A stretch of DNA of 64,000 nucleotides from Octopus vulgaris (lineage: Eukaryota): NCBI GenBank assembly GCA_951406725.2, contig OX597833.1, positions 7,254,001 to 7,318,000 on the forward strand, given 5' to 3'. Positions 12,546 to 25,725 of this stretch are shown one piece after another; the first letter of the stretch is position 1; each line of letters starts with the position of its first letter. Below the pieces are notes generated by a model that saw only the letters and a program-made list of their open reading frames with translations, was not told the origin of the DNA and did not search any database. The position numbers and the translations under genes are program-made.

Positions 12546-12836
12546 ATATACATACATACATGCATACATACATACATACATCCACACATAGAGACATGCA
12601 TACACACATACATACACACATACACACATACATATATGCATACACATACATACATACATACATACATACATACATACATACCTACATACATACATACACA
12701 CATACATACATACATACATACATACGCACACATATCTTACGGCTTATTGGTGTCTGTCTACCGATTAATCTGTCTCTTTATTTGTATGTGTCTACCATCA
12801 TTGTCTGTCCGTGTGTCTGTAGATAGGATGATAGGA

Positions 12837-12903
12837 TGACGTCAGCAATGTTTTGACTCAACCAATGAAATCTACCCAATGTCTTGCGTCATCGATGACG
12901 TCA
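12837..12903. promoter_or_regulatory. Dense CRE/AP-1/CCAAT cluster, candidate enhancer or promoter
   Basis: TGACGTCA 12837 and 12896, TGACTCA 12854, CCAAT 12862 and 12876, TGCGTCA 12885. Confidence 0.5.
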
Positions 12904-13009
12904 TGCATCCACCTAAACTGATTACAAACTTAACTTTTCACTAAATTCTAAAAGAAAATGGAATTTTTTTTTTTTTTGCATTGTAAGAAAAAAATGTTAT
13001 TCCAATAAA

Positions 13010-14390
13010 CTACGACGACAACAATAGCAACAACACGATCACCACCACCACCACCACCACCACCACCACCACCACCACCACCACCACCACCACCGCCAAC
13101 CACCGCCGCCAACCACCACCACCACCACCACCACCACCACCACCGCCGCCAACCACCACCACCACCACCACCACCACCACCACCGCCAACCACCACCACC
13201 ACCACCACCGCCAACCACCACCACCACCACCACCACCACCACCACCACCACGATCACCATCACCACCACCACCACCACCACCACGATCACCATCACCACC
13301 ACCACCACCACCACCACCACCACCACCACCACCACCACCACCACCACCACCACCACCACCACCACCACCACCACCACCACCACCACCACCACCACCGCCA
13401 CCACCACCACCACCACCACCACCACCACCACCACCACGATCACCATCACCACCACCACCACCACCACCACCACCACCACCACCACCACCACCACCACCAC
13501 CACCACCACCACCACCACCACCACCACCACCACCACCACCACCACCGCCAACCACCACCACCACCAACACCACCACCGCCAACCACCACCACCACCACAC
13601 CACCGTCACCATTATCACCACCACCATCACTACTACCACCACCACCACCATCACCATCATCACTACCACCACCACCACCACCACCACCACAATCATTCCC
13701 CCCACCGCCACCAACATCACAACAACGACATCAAGAAACACATCACAACTGCTACCAATAACAATAAAAACATCAATAAGAAGAAGATAACATCAACAGC
13801 AACAACAACGACAAAAAAAATAAACACATTACACCGTAATAAATAGCATTCGACAACAATAACAACAACAATGACAGCAAAACAACTTCTGCCAACACTG
13901 CTCTTTGTAACAACAACAACAACAACAACAACAGGTGAAGTATCTGCTATATCAACAACAACAACAACAGCAGCAGAGAAAAACCAAAACAAGAACTTTA
14001 CCAGAAGCGATACATAAAGTCATCATCATCACCACCACCACCACTACCATCATCATCAACAGCATCATCATCCACCACCACCACCACCACCACCACCACC
14101 ACCACCACCACCACCACCACCACCACCACCACCACCACCACCACCACCACCACCACCACCACCACCACCACTACCATCATCATCATCATCATCATCATCC
14201 TCATTATCAACAAACCACCAGCACTACTACCACCGCCGCCACCACCACTACCACCACCATCATCATCATCATCGTCGTCATCATCTTCATCTTCATTATC
14301 ATCATCATCACCACCACCACTACTTCCACCACGACCACCATCATCATCATCATCATCATCATCATCTACATTATCATCATCACCACCACC

Positions 14391-14424
<34 letters not shown>

Positions 14425-14500
14425 TCATCACCATCGTCATCATCGTCATCATCATCATCATCATCGTCATCGTCGTCGTCGTAGTCAGCAGCAGCAGCAC
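13010..14500. repeat. Large compound (CAC)n/(CAA)n/(CAT)n trinucleotide field
   Basis: Direct inspection; internal higher-order units such as caccgccaac and cacgatcaccat. Confidence 0.95.
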
Positions 14501-14993
14501 CAACAGTGTTACATTTAATTTATCAGTAAATTTATCTAATTTCTCAGGTATTTCTAGTGTTCTCTCCTCCTCCTTTTTCTCTCTCTCCCTCTCTCTCCCT
14601 CTCTCTCCCTCTCTCTCCTATACAACACACACACACACCCGCACACACCCCGCACACACCCGCACGCATACTTTCCCTTTATAATTTCTTTCCTTACTTC
14701 CTTCATCTCCGTCTGCCCCCCTCTCTCTCTCTTTCTCTCTCTCTCTCTCACTCTCTCATTTCCTCATTTCCTTCACCTCTCTCTCTATATATATCTCCTT
14801 CTCTCTCCTTCTCTCTCCTTCCGTCCCCTCCCCCCTCTAACATGACACATCAACTAGTTTGTTGAACTAGCAAAGATATTAAATTCTTCTAACACCCACT
14901 TCATATAAGTATATACATGCGTACATACATATATACATACATACATATACATATATATATATATATAAGTACATACACATAAATATACATATG

Positions 14994-15034
<41 letters not shown>

Positions 15035-15134
15035 CACATATGTATGTTCAGAAACATATACATGCATACTTGCACACCTATGTACTCACGCACACACAAG
15101 TACTTATATATACACATATACATAAGCATACCCA

Positions 15135-15209
<75 letters not shown>

Positions 15210-15341
15210 CTCAGCACATCACTGCAACATTAAATAACTAAATATTTGGACAACATCCAAAGTGAAAAAAGTTGTTAAATTTGGAAGATTCTAAGTCTGC
15301 CACAGAATGCGTGCGTGTGTGTGTGTATGCGTGTGTATGTA

Positions 15342-15383
<42 letters not shown>

Positions 15384-15879
15384 TTATTAATACCATCGTT
15401 TTTGTGACTGTTTGGTGATTCTATTAATATTGTTCTTGTTGATGTTGATGTTTTTTGTTTTTCATTTCATTAAAAAAAATTACTTCTGTTCTTCTGTTTA
15501 GTCGTAGACAAATGTGGAATGGTCTGTAAAAGCTGCTTACAATCAGACGAGACAATAATCTCCAAAAACAGTGAAATTTTTCCACTGAAAGAATTTGCTT
15601 AAACACGACAAAACCAAAAAGTTGCACTCAATATACACAGAAATGCGGAAATATTTTAGCAGAAGTAACGAAGATATCCAAAAATTCTTCGAAAATTACA
15701 AAAACATATTTGCTACTAAACATTGCAGAATGGATGATGGTGCTACCAAAGAAGTCAAAGAAATAAAACAGACCACACAAGAATATCAACTCTTTTGAGA
15801 ATGAAAACTCTGTACAGACAACTCCAAAAACGATTAAATAAGATAGATCTGGTTCCAAGGAATCCCTCTGAAAGTGGAG

Positions 15880-16300
15880 CCTGAAGACCTGATGGATTTA
15901 ATTTAGATTCCACCAGATATTATACCGAGTGCACTTTCATCCGTTTGACCATTCCCTCCTATACTTGCTACACCTCCCCGTTTTTCCTCATCCCTGAGAC
16001 TAAATTTCTTTTGTAATGGTTGGAATACAACCTGATCTTTTCTTCGCCATCAAAGTTCTACAAAATTTGTCCTGTTTAATGATTCATTTTGTTAACGGTA
16101 TATTTCCTTATAATACACCGCTTCGTAAATGTTGCGCCCAAGAAGCGATCTTCCTCCTCTTTAACATCTTGATGTATGTTCCATTTAGTCTACTTTCTGT
16201 TGCTTTCATAAGTATCCAAGATTTAGGTATTATTAGAGGAATATTCTGAAGTAGAATAGGAAACCAGAATGTTGCGTGAGAGAAAGATTTACAGAACACA
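15880..16300 (-). mobile_element. Degraded RTE-clade LINE 3' fragment
   Basis: SWILMKATESRLNGTYIKMLKRRKIASWAQH parallels TWTLSKKLERRLDGTYTRLLMRAQNLSWKRH of the 21691 ORF. Confidence 0.6.
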
Positions 16301-16331
16301 AGCCACCTCAGACTGACTACGTTAGAATATA

Positions 16332-16652
16332 CGAGGGTGAGTCAAAAAGTAATGCCATTTTGTTTAGGACAGGTATAATTACCAACACAGGAACATGTAT
16401 CATACATCAAAATGAAGTTGGTCCTCTGTGGATCACATCCCTACTTCTCAACATAGCCACTGTTTCTCTCAATAGCAATGTTCCACCATCGAATGAGAAC
16501 ATGTATCCCTGCCCCGTAAAATTCTGTTGACTGTTCTTTGAACCACTTCTTCACTACAGTTTTCACTTCCTCGTCACTGGACTATCATCGACGTTGGACT
16601 ACCATCTCTTCGGCCCCATGAAAGAGGGTTTGAGAGGCAAACATTATTCCAG
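16332..16652 (-). mobile_element. Mariner 3' remnant with internal inversion
   Basis: TA|cgagggtgagtcaaaaagt TIR; minus strand SDEEVKTVVKKWFKEQSTEFY...GYVEK*; plus strand DYHLFGPMKEGLRGKHYS at 16597-16650. Confidence 0.85.
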
Positions 16653-16654
16653 AT

Positions 16655-17340
16655 TTTTTCCCAAAAGAGAAAGAGTCGGTTTCTATCCTAGATCCAAAGC
16701 TCCTTCATTGGAATTTCAACAACATCAACAGGATATATCTGTATGCATATGTATAAGTGCAGATTTGTATATTTTGCCACATTTTACTGCTTTTCGTGCA
16801 TCTCTGTCCCTTTTGTGTATCGGGTATTTGGTTGATATTCCCTGTTCCTGGATTGCAAACGCATACCCTTCGAAGTGGGATATAGTTATTGGGTTGTTGG
16901 TCCATGATAGACTTCTTTGAGGATCAATGTTACTATCATCTCGCAGCTTTCCATGCATAGTCTTCTACTCATATATAATCATCCTTTCATCTGATGATAT
17001 GCTGCGATAGGGTCATGCAACTTCTTTGGGAATGTATTTAAGGTTATTAGACAAGGAATGCTGCTCAATGAGCTACCTCCCAAGTCTTATGATGTTATCA
17101 GCTTCATACATACACACTTGGTCAAGGGATGCACTCCGACACTTGGTAGCTAAAAGACGTTACAGAAAGGATAAGATACGACATTCAGAGGCAGTTTGGA
17201 AAGATGTTAACCTTCTGCCGCCTTTTTTTCGTTTTAGGTAGAGGTGGTCTGCGTCTCTGTTGATGTGGAAATTACATGAGCTTGTTAGTATTTTCCGGGT
17301 TTTTACATCAATGGCTTGGATCTCATCAAGCGTCCAATGT
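16655..17340 (-). mobile_element. R4/Dong-type retrotransposon fragments (post-RT region and 3' UTR)
   Basis: WTLDEIQAIDVKTRKILT...DADHLYLKRKKGGRRL and MHGKL...SHFEGYAFAIQEQGISTKY; abuts (TATG)n. Confidence 0.8.
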
Positions 17341-17369
17341 ACGTACATATGTGTGTGTGTATGTGTGTG

Positions 17370-17401
<32 letters not shown>

Positions 17402-17698
17402 TGTATGTATGTATGTATGTATGTATGTATGTATGCATGCATGTATGTATGTATGTATGTATGTATGTATGTATGTATGTATGTATGTATGTATGTATGT
17501 ATGTATGAATGTTTTTTGGGGAAAGGCATCATGGTATTAGAAGCTGAAACTAAAAAGATTGACGAACTGAATTGTGGGAAATCAGATTCGTATTCGAAGA
17601 GATACTGTTTCACATACTTTACTTCTTGTATTGCGTACTTTTACTTGTGTCTGCGTTCACTAATGCATATTGCATACGAACACACACACACACACACA

Positions 17699-17744
<46 letters not shown>

Positions 17745-19931
17745 AACAAACATTCTCACTTACTTTTGCAAATAAAGCCGATAATCTAGAAACTAAAGCG
17801 ATAAGCTGATTCTAACACAGTTTACGTTTGAAATTCGCCACCTGCAGCCTTAGAACCACCGGGTTCTATGTTTCACCTTCCGTAGTCACGTGGTTACCTG
17901 TGTGTCTCGCAGAAACGCTCATGTTTTCTTTTATTGCTCATAACCACACATAATATATAAACACACACCAATACACACGCACACACGCACACACGCACAC
18001 GCACACGCACACGTACACACACATATTTATATACACGTGTGTATGTGTGGGTGCGTGATTGGGATTTTTTTTGTTTAACGTGAGCATGGTGCTAACGTCG
18101 ACAGGAAGAGGAGGCAGTAGGTTTCGAACTTGTAACCGTTGCATTACATATCGTTACATATGCGTCACATTTCGGCGGGTGTTCTTTCGCAATCCACGAG
18201 AAGAGAGAGCAGCAAAATATTCGTGGGACAAAAGATAGATTGAAAATCAAAAATCCTCCATAACGTGACCAAAAATGCCTTATGAGTAAATGTGTATGTG
18301 TGCGCGCGCACACGTATGTACGCGTTATGTAATGTCACTTATGAGGTCTCTCTTGAGAGCTACTGCTAGCATGGAATCCATTACAACCTATTGCATGGTC
18401 CACCGTCGGCGACTAAACCGATACCCGCACTAGATTTGCCTGGTGAGGAGGATTGCTAGAAACCCAGCAGAACTGAAAACAAGACTTGTCCAAAGGACGG
18501 GCGAACACAGTGTAGGTTCAACTATTATCTAGCTATAGCGCGGACCCTCAGAAATTCCGGAGTTGGTGTCCGGTGTGCAGGAAGACCAGTAGGAGTGAAG
18601 TATCCTTCAGTTTTTGAAACCAGATATGCAAGGAATTGCATTCGACATTTTGGGAATCTTTTGCTTGCACTTGAGATTATGAAGTTCCCATATTCCTGAG
18701 TTTGTTACTCATATTGGTACTATTTTTGGATCATGTCAATAGGACAGAGAGGGTCTATGAGGTATCGGGCGATCCTTATTGGACCTAAAATGTTGCACAG
18801 GCATTGCTGACATTTTAACATGGGCAATGCACGACACCTGTCCCAGACAGGTGAGACAACTCGCCTCCAGAGGATCAAGAACGATAGATATCGATATTTT
18901 GCTATTATTTTGGCTCTTCGGTACCATGTACTCGAAACACTTCGAAGCAAAATGAATCGCCGGAATTGGACATATATAGAAATAGTGTGGAGTTTATTTG
19001 CTGCTGTGCTGCGGCGTAGCATATGTAGAAGAAAATTAAATTACGAATTAAAAGTACCTCGATTTATGTAATTATCGATTGAACATCATGCCACCCAAAC
19101 AATAATAATCCTCAGATTACTTAAAATTCAAGAAATCGGCTCTATTTACTCATTTGGATGCGTGGGTTTAATATACGCAGCAACTCTTTGTGGTGCCTTA
19201 TTTTATCGACCCCAAGAGGATGAGAGGCAAACTTGAGTATCGGTCAGAACTGAACACTGAGTGTAAAGATCTGAAACATCTACGGATTCTTCCAATCAAA
19301 CATAGATAACATTGAGATGTAACGAGCTGGATTCGAAACCTCATTTCTTGATCTACTGCTAAATGGGTAACCAATTAACCTATTTAGATTTTGCCAAGCG
19401 ATCCTCCTGTTTGGTACCCTTATAAGCTTACATCCATCCGTCACTCCCTCTCTATCTCTATATGTACATACATAATAGATACATATATAATACATACGTG
19501 TGTATATGCATGCATACACACATATAAATATGTATGCATATGTATGTGTATGCACTTTGTTGTCGAAAGATACTTTTGTAAATCTATCTCTCGGTGAACA
19601 TACTTCACTGAAAATGCAGTCGGTGATTATTCCTTTTGGCAGTAAGTAGTTATTATATACTGTCTTTAAAATCAGTTAAGAGTACAGACATCGCCTGTGA
19701 AATCATTATCAAAATTACTGTCTATTTATGTTTTCAACCAATTAACTAATTAATTAATCTATTTATCATTATTAATGAGCCTGCGTGTTCTGGTTTTCTA
19801 AATGATGCATTAAATGAAAACTTATAAGGACTTTCGTTTCCTTTGTACATATTAATGCTTGCATCTATTTACTCGTATGTATAATGTACATATATATAAT
19901 CGTATGTATGCATGTGAATATGTGTGTGCGT

Positions 19932-19971
<40 letters not shown>

Positions 19972-21106
19972 GAGGAGAAGGAGGGAGAGAAAGAGAGAGA
20001 AGAGAGAAGAGAGAAAGAGATGCAGCTATAATTACCATCTTCAAGAAGGTAGACAAATCAGTGACAACTACAGAATTGCCTCACGTTTGTCCAATGCTGG
20101 AAAAGTTGTGGTATGAATCCGATTCGACCGACTGAAGCTCTTATCGGTAATTCGCCCACCTGGATCACATCATTTTTTCGATCTTCCTGAGGCATTATTA
20201 ATGTGATCTGTTCTCACAAACCGTTTTACTCAGCTTTCTTTGATTCTGCAAATTGTCAAGTTCTGAAGAATGCCCCAACTAAACATAATTGCCTGCAAAA
20301 TTTCATTACAACCAGGCGGGTTCTTTCGCTGCACCATCAAACCCGAGGAACAATACAAGTATTTCACAACAGACCCGACTGACGTAAAATCTGAATTTAG
20401 GAACGGTTATGTAATAGCTCCTAGCTTTTATCAAGCTTCCTCTCAGCAATTTTTGAGCTTAACTTAGTGTAAACTGGCAAAACTGCCACAGGGTGCCCAG
20501 ATCTCATATTGCACAGATGGAAAGGTAGTCAACCTTCTCAGAGTCTGTGCCAGAATAAAGGCCACCACTACATCAGTCGTTGAACTTCAGTACGATGTTG
20601 CCACAGTTAATGTGACATCAACAGAAGAATTCTTGATAATCAGCTTTTAAACTGAAGCATATGCGATCACGTAAAACAGAAAAAAAAAAAGAATTGCATA
20701 ACAAGCAGGAATCTGGTCAAGCCATTTGTGTAGAGGAACAAATGGTATAAAATGTGGAGCGCTTTTAATGTGCAGTTTGTCACCTCTTACAGAACACAGA
20801 AACTAAATGTGAAGATTCAGCTGCACACAAGATGCACCAAAGCAATTCTTAATCACTTGAAGACGAATGTAGAATGTATGAAGATCATGAACCGAGACTA
20901 AGAAACGAATTCCTGATGTAGAAAGTACTTAAGGTGCACAAAAGGCAGCTGTCGTAGGCAGGCTTCTATATAACTCACAATCTCGGACAAGTAAAAGGCA
21001 GCATTTTCTCCTAAACTGGAAACACGAGAGATGTTTGATAAAAATTATATTCAGTGAGAGAACGGATGAAATTTGCATAAATGTGACATTAATTTTTCCG
21101 AGCTAA

Positions 21107-21597
21107 GGCTGCGAGCTGGCAGAAACGTTAGCAAGCCGGGCGAAATACTCAGCGATATTTCGTCTGCCGTTACGTTCTGAGTTCAAATTCAGTCGAGGTC
21201 GACTTTGCCTTTCATCCCATCGGGGTCGTTAAATTAAGTACCAGTCGCGCACTGGGGTCGATGTAATCGACTTAATTCCTTTGTCTGTCCTTGTTTGTCC
21301 CCCTCTTATGTTTATCTCCTTGTGAAGAATTATGTTTATCTCCTTGTGAAGAATTATGTTTATCCCCTTGTGAAGAAATAAGAAATGTTAGCAATAAAGA
21401 AATAAGAAATGTTAGCAAGCCGGGCGAAATGCTTCGGGGTATTTCGTCTGTCTTTACGTTCTGAGTTCAAAATCCACCGAGGTCGATTTTGCCTTTCATC
21501 CTTTCGGGGTCGCTAAATTAAGTACCAGTTGCGTACTGGGGTCGATCTAATCGACTGGCCCCCTCCCCCCAAATTTCGGGCCTAGATTTGAAAAGAT
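21107..21597 (+). mobile_element. Two tandem SINE family B copies with stuttered junction
   Basis: First copy ends in 3x ttatgtttatctccttgtgaagaa; 2x aagaaataagaaatgttagcaa leads into the second copy. Confidence 0.85.
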
Positions 21598-21676
21598 AAA
21601 TTTTTACGAGTAAAACGCCGATGGAGTCATAGATGGACTCGAAGAAGGCAAGACGCGGAGAATAAACGCAAGAACA

Positions 21677-23126
21677 TCATCATTCATTCATCATTGTTCG
21701 ACCGTGGTCGAGACAATGGAATTTACCATGCTACGCCAGACTTCACGGTCCATCATGGCATTACGGAGGTCCTGTTGCTGGATGCCTGTATCCCTGGAGA
21801 TTACATCAGGGTAGGAGAGTGTGCGCCCTCTGGTATTGCGAGTAGATGGCTTCCAGAGGAGAAGAGTAGAAATTACTTCTTTTTCAGCTCTACAACAATG
21901 TCCAGCAAACTGGACTCTCCTACCTTTCACAAGAGATGACACAGGTGGTAGTTTCCCATATATTTGCATTTTGGTTGGATGGCGCTTCCACGAGAGATTT
22001 TGAGCTCTCATAAGGAGGCGAGTGTAGGTTCCATCCAACCGCCTCTCAAGCTTCTTTGATAACGTCCAGGTTTCTGAGCCATATAGTAGAATTGTTTCGA
22101 CTGTGGCTTTGAAGATTTCAAGTTTGAAGTCTCTACTTAGATTTGATGACCAGATCTTATGCATGTCATTACAGGCTGACCAGGCCATACCCTTTCTAGT
22201 TAGAAAGTCTTTTCCAGATGATGATATGTATGACCCAAGATATTTATAATCAGAAACCATATTTAAGGGCGCGTTGTTGAGAGTAAGGATGATGCAATCA
22301 CTGTTGGACAGGCACTTGTTTATGTATTCAGTTTTGACCTCATTGAGGTAAAGACCTACACAATTTGAGGCTTGTTCAAGAGATTGTAAAAGAGACTGGG
22401 CATTGGAGAGAGAATCACTGATAAGAGCGATGTCGTCAGCAAAGTCAGTGTCTGTCAAGTACTCAGCTGGGTGTCTGGAACTTCTTCTTGGTTTTATTTC
22501 AAAGCCCTTGCCAGAGATGGTATCAACTGACATACGTAGCACATAATCAACAACAATGATGAAAAGAAATGGGGCGAGTGTGTCTCCCTGCAGTATTCCG
22601 GCTTTGATTGAGAAAGATGATGTTTCTCCGTCAGGGGTTAAAATGGTTGAAGACGTATCTGTGTAGAGGACCTTGATGGCAGAAATGATTTTGTCTGGTA
22701 TCTTAAGGATTTCAAACACCTTGTACCTGCAGAATCAAGCGCTTTAGAAAAGTCTACAAATACCATTGCAAGATCGCGATTAAATGCTTTTGATTCTTCA
22801 ATAAGTCTGCGTAGGCATAGTATCTGGCTCAGCGTTGAGCGCCCATGTCTGAATCCATTTTGGTTCTTTCGGAGCAAAGGTTCAACAAAAAGGACAAGAC
22901 GATTTAGGATCAGTTTGTTGTACAGTTTTGTAGCAATTGACATTAGAGATATACCCCTGTAGTTGGTGACGAGGGATAAATCGCCTTTTTTGGGTATTGG
23001 AATGATTTGAGATTGGTGCCAAATCTTTGGAGCGACAAAGGTGGAAAGTGTGTGGTTGCAGAGGTTGAGCAAAAGTGTGTGAAATCTATCATCCTTCCAA
23101 ATTACAGCTGGGATGTTGTCGGGACC
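21677..23126 (-). mobile_element. 5'-truncated RTE-clade LINE, reverse transcriptase with one frameshift
   Basis: NYRGISL, QNGFR, FVDFSKA, GILQGDTLAPFLF, DFADDIAL, YKYLGS, LLYGSETW motifs (ORFs 22638-23072, 21691-22719); tga/tgaa tail; 13-bp TSD aaacgcaagaaca (21664-21676, 23127-23139). Confidence 0.95.
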
Positions 23127-23236
23127 AAACGCAAGAACAAACGAGACAAAACATGTTTATGCTTTGAGCGGAATTATGGATTCTGCATTAGCCTATGTAG
23201 TCACATTCGCGTCTATAAATGTCTCCCTCTTTCCTT

Positions 23237-23360
23237 ATCATATATCATATATTAGCGCTTTCGTCCATTCTAGTGGAATCTTCAAATTGATCTGTTTGAA
23301 GATCAATTTGAAGACTCCACTAGAATGGACGAAAGCGCTTATATATATATGATATATGAT
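23237..23360. mobile_element. Fold-back H4 with hammerhead-like motif in both arms
   Basis: Near-perfect 40-bp arms 23253-23292 / 23301-23341; TTGAAGA-c-tcca ctagaa tgga-c-GAAA-GCGC-T. Confidence 0.75.
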
Positions 23361-23433
23361 GTATAAAAACATGTAACATACTAATAAATATCTATAAATA
23401 TAAAACCTTCCGGATTTCTGAGTACCTCATTTC

Positions 23434-23464
<31 letters not shown>

Positions 23465-24378
23465 GTGTACACACACACACATACACAATACCTCACAGAA
23501 GTATGTACACCGCTAAAATAATTTCAGTAAAATTGCCATTACTCTGATAATAACATTGTACACTTATTTCGTTTTGCATCCTTCTTCATCGACCATTTTC
23601 TTCAACTTCCCAACATAATTAATGGCAGTCTGTATATCACAACTGACAGTTTTACCTGTTATTTTCATGCATAAAAGCGGTTGTAGGCATTTAAAAAAAT
23701 TCTGTTAGAACGCTTAAAACATGGAAATCAATGGGAAATAGGTTTCGCATTACAGAATTTAGTATCACGCCAAGATTTTAAAGAATGCGAGGCTTCCAAA
23801 AGGTTGCATTTCCCTGGAGCAGTATGGTGGAATGGCTGACATGCTCTTCTATCATATTAGATATACTCTGGTATATACATCTGCATGACTTTCTAACCAC
23901 CTCTCTCTCTATATATATACGAATGTTTGTGTGTGTATACACACACACACACACACATACATATATAGAGTTCATGAATGCATACACACACATAATTTTT
24001 AGTATTTAGTTTGTTTTGGTACAAAAGCTAAAAGTGCTCAATACACCGTTGTATTAGATTAATATAGACTCTGCTGTATGCCAAACGATTCAGCAAAACG
24101 ATCAAGCCATTATTCATATTTCTTCACATTCTTGAGAAGAGTACAGAGCCGCCGACCATAACTGTTGATCGTACAAAATATTTAGAGAAGTTTCTGTCGC
24201 TTTGTTTACTTTACAGGTAACACACTCCCGCTCCCACTCGTTCCTCCCGCTAGAAACACACACGCGCTGATTATGCAGCGCGGCATGCACAGCGACGATG
24301 GTTATGATGATGACAATGATATTCGCGATTGTCGTAACTACGGCGGCTTTGATAAGTTATATGTTGCTGCTGTTATTG

Positions 24379-24410
<32 letters not shown>

Positions 24411-25046
24411 GGTGGTGATAGCGATAGATGGTAAAGGTGACGAGTAGAGGGAATGTTGACAGGTAGATGGTGGTGGTGAGGGCTAACGGTAACGATTGCG
24501 TTATTTTTGTCAATTATAGCTGCACAGATATTTTGCTGGCATAGAGTACAGACAACAGTATGCTGAGGTTCTTTTCACCATATTACACCACTGAAATTAA
24601 CCCTAAAAATTCTCCCCAACCAATCAACGCACCTTAATGAAACAGAACACCTTACAGGTGTCAATGATATTACAGCAATGATTGCTAACAAGATTGATAA
24701 GAAAATTCAGCAGAATTATTATAGTATAGAATATAACCATGCCACATATTTATGGAGGCTGACATTGCGTCTCAAAGAGGCTCGGCTTAGGAAAAATGAT
24801 CTCTTTTGTTTAAATATTCATACACGTATATATACAAACTTGCAAAAACACTGAACCAGTTCAAATGATGTTAAGGTCTTTGTAAATATATTTGTGATTT
24901 AATTTCGATGAATCCAGAGACAAAGCGGAATCGTTGAGAAGAATAGGGTGCTGTAGAGATAGCTTTTGGCGAACCAATAAATAAATAAGAAGCGAAATAC
25001 AACCAGTGTGCATGTTTTTATTAACCTAATGACTCTCCCAAAACGC

Positions 25047-25138
<92 letters not shown>

Positions 25139-25139
25139 T

Positions 25140-25237
25140 TCTATTATAGGCACAAGGTCTGGGATTTTGGGGGAGGGGGATAGTCGACCACATTAATCCC
25201 AATACTTGACAGGTACTTAATTTATCGACTCCGAAAG
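25140..25237 (-). mobile_element. SINE family B 3' fragment after (AAT)n
   Basis: ggtacttaatttatcgac motif and ggcacaagg tail in reverse. Confidence 0.65.
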
Positions 25238-25254
25238 TAGTCCCTTAGTGGCTG

Positions 25255-25440
25255 ACGATATGAGCAAGTGTCTCCGCTGTGCCGCACCTGCAATAGAGTG
25301 GATAAAACCATTGCCCATATCACAAACGAATTCCCTAGAATTGCCCCAAACCACTACAAGTTGTGGCGAGGCGACCAGGTAGCGAAAGTGCTACATTGGA
25401 AAGTGTGCGAAAAGTGGGGTCTAGAGAGAGGCAAGACGTG
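25255..25440 (+). mobile_element. R4/Dong-type fragment, CCHC zinc-knuckle region
   Basis: SPLCRTCNRVDKTIAHI...HYKLWRGDQVAKVLHWKVCEKWGL. Confidence 0.75.
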
Positions 25441-25725
25441 CTGTCTGCATCTAAAAGAATTAGTGAAGACCTCATGCATGTTGCTACATCGACACTAACA
25501 ACTCAATGAAGAACATACTGTGGTCTGATGCTCCCGCCAACTTCTTATTTCGTTAATTTGATTGTTTTATTTTTGTTCTTGCTTTCCCGTTGTTGTTTTG
25601 ATGTGGCGTTTCCTTGCTACAAAAGATGGAAATGACTATGGCTTGACATTGGTCTGATTTCGAAGCTCAAGTTACTTCACTGACCATTCCAGACGCGATT
25701 CAAAAGAAACTCACATGCATACACC

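Larger units (their letters stand above)
20020..23225 (+). pseudogene. Old RTE-BovB-like LINE remnant, interrupted by SINEs and a younger LINE
   Basis: DAAIITIFKK.DKS at ~20020, DGK..NL...SVVELQY at ~20517, C-terminal zinc-finger relic TCLCFERNYGFCISLCSHIR at ~23150. Confidence 0.65.

Noticed and set aside
13010-14684. Poly-His/Pro/Thr/Gly/Val ORFs
   Set aside because: Trinucleotide arrays with frequent frame switching and no splice or domain context; likewise 10795-11139, 26007-26482 and 62664-63147
18340-18620. Possible LINE 5' UTR with an HDV-like ribozyme
   Set aside because: Could not assemble the nested double pseudoknot by eye; needs a descriptor search
21305-21420. Short direct repeats resembling a CRISPR array
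   Set aside because: Contiguous slippage duplications of a SINE tail with no spacers, in eukaryotic DNA without cas genes
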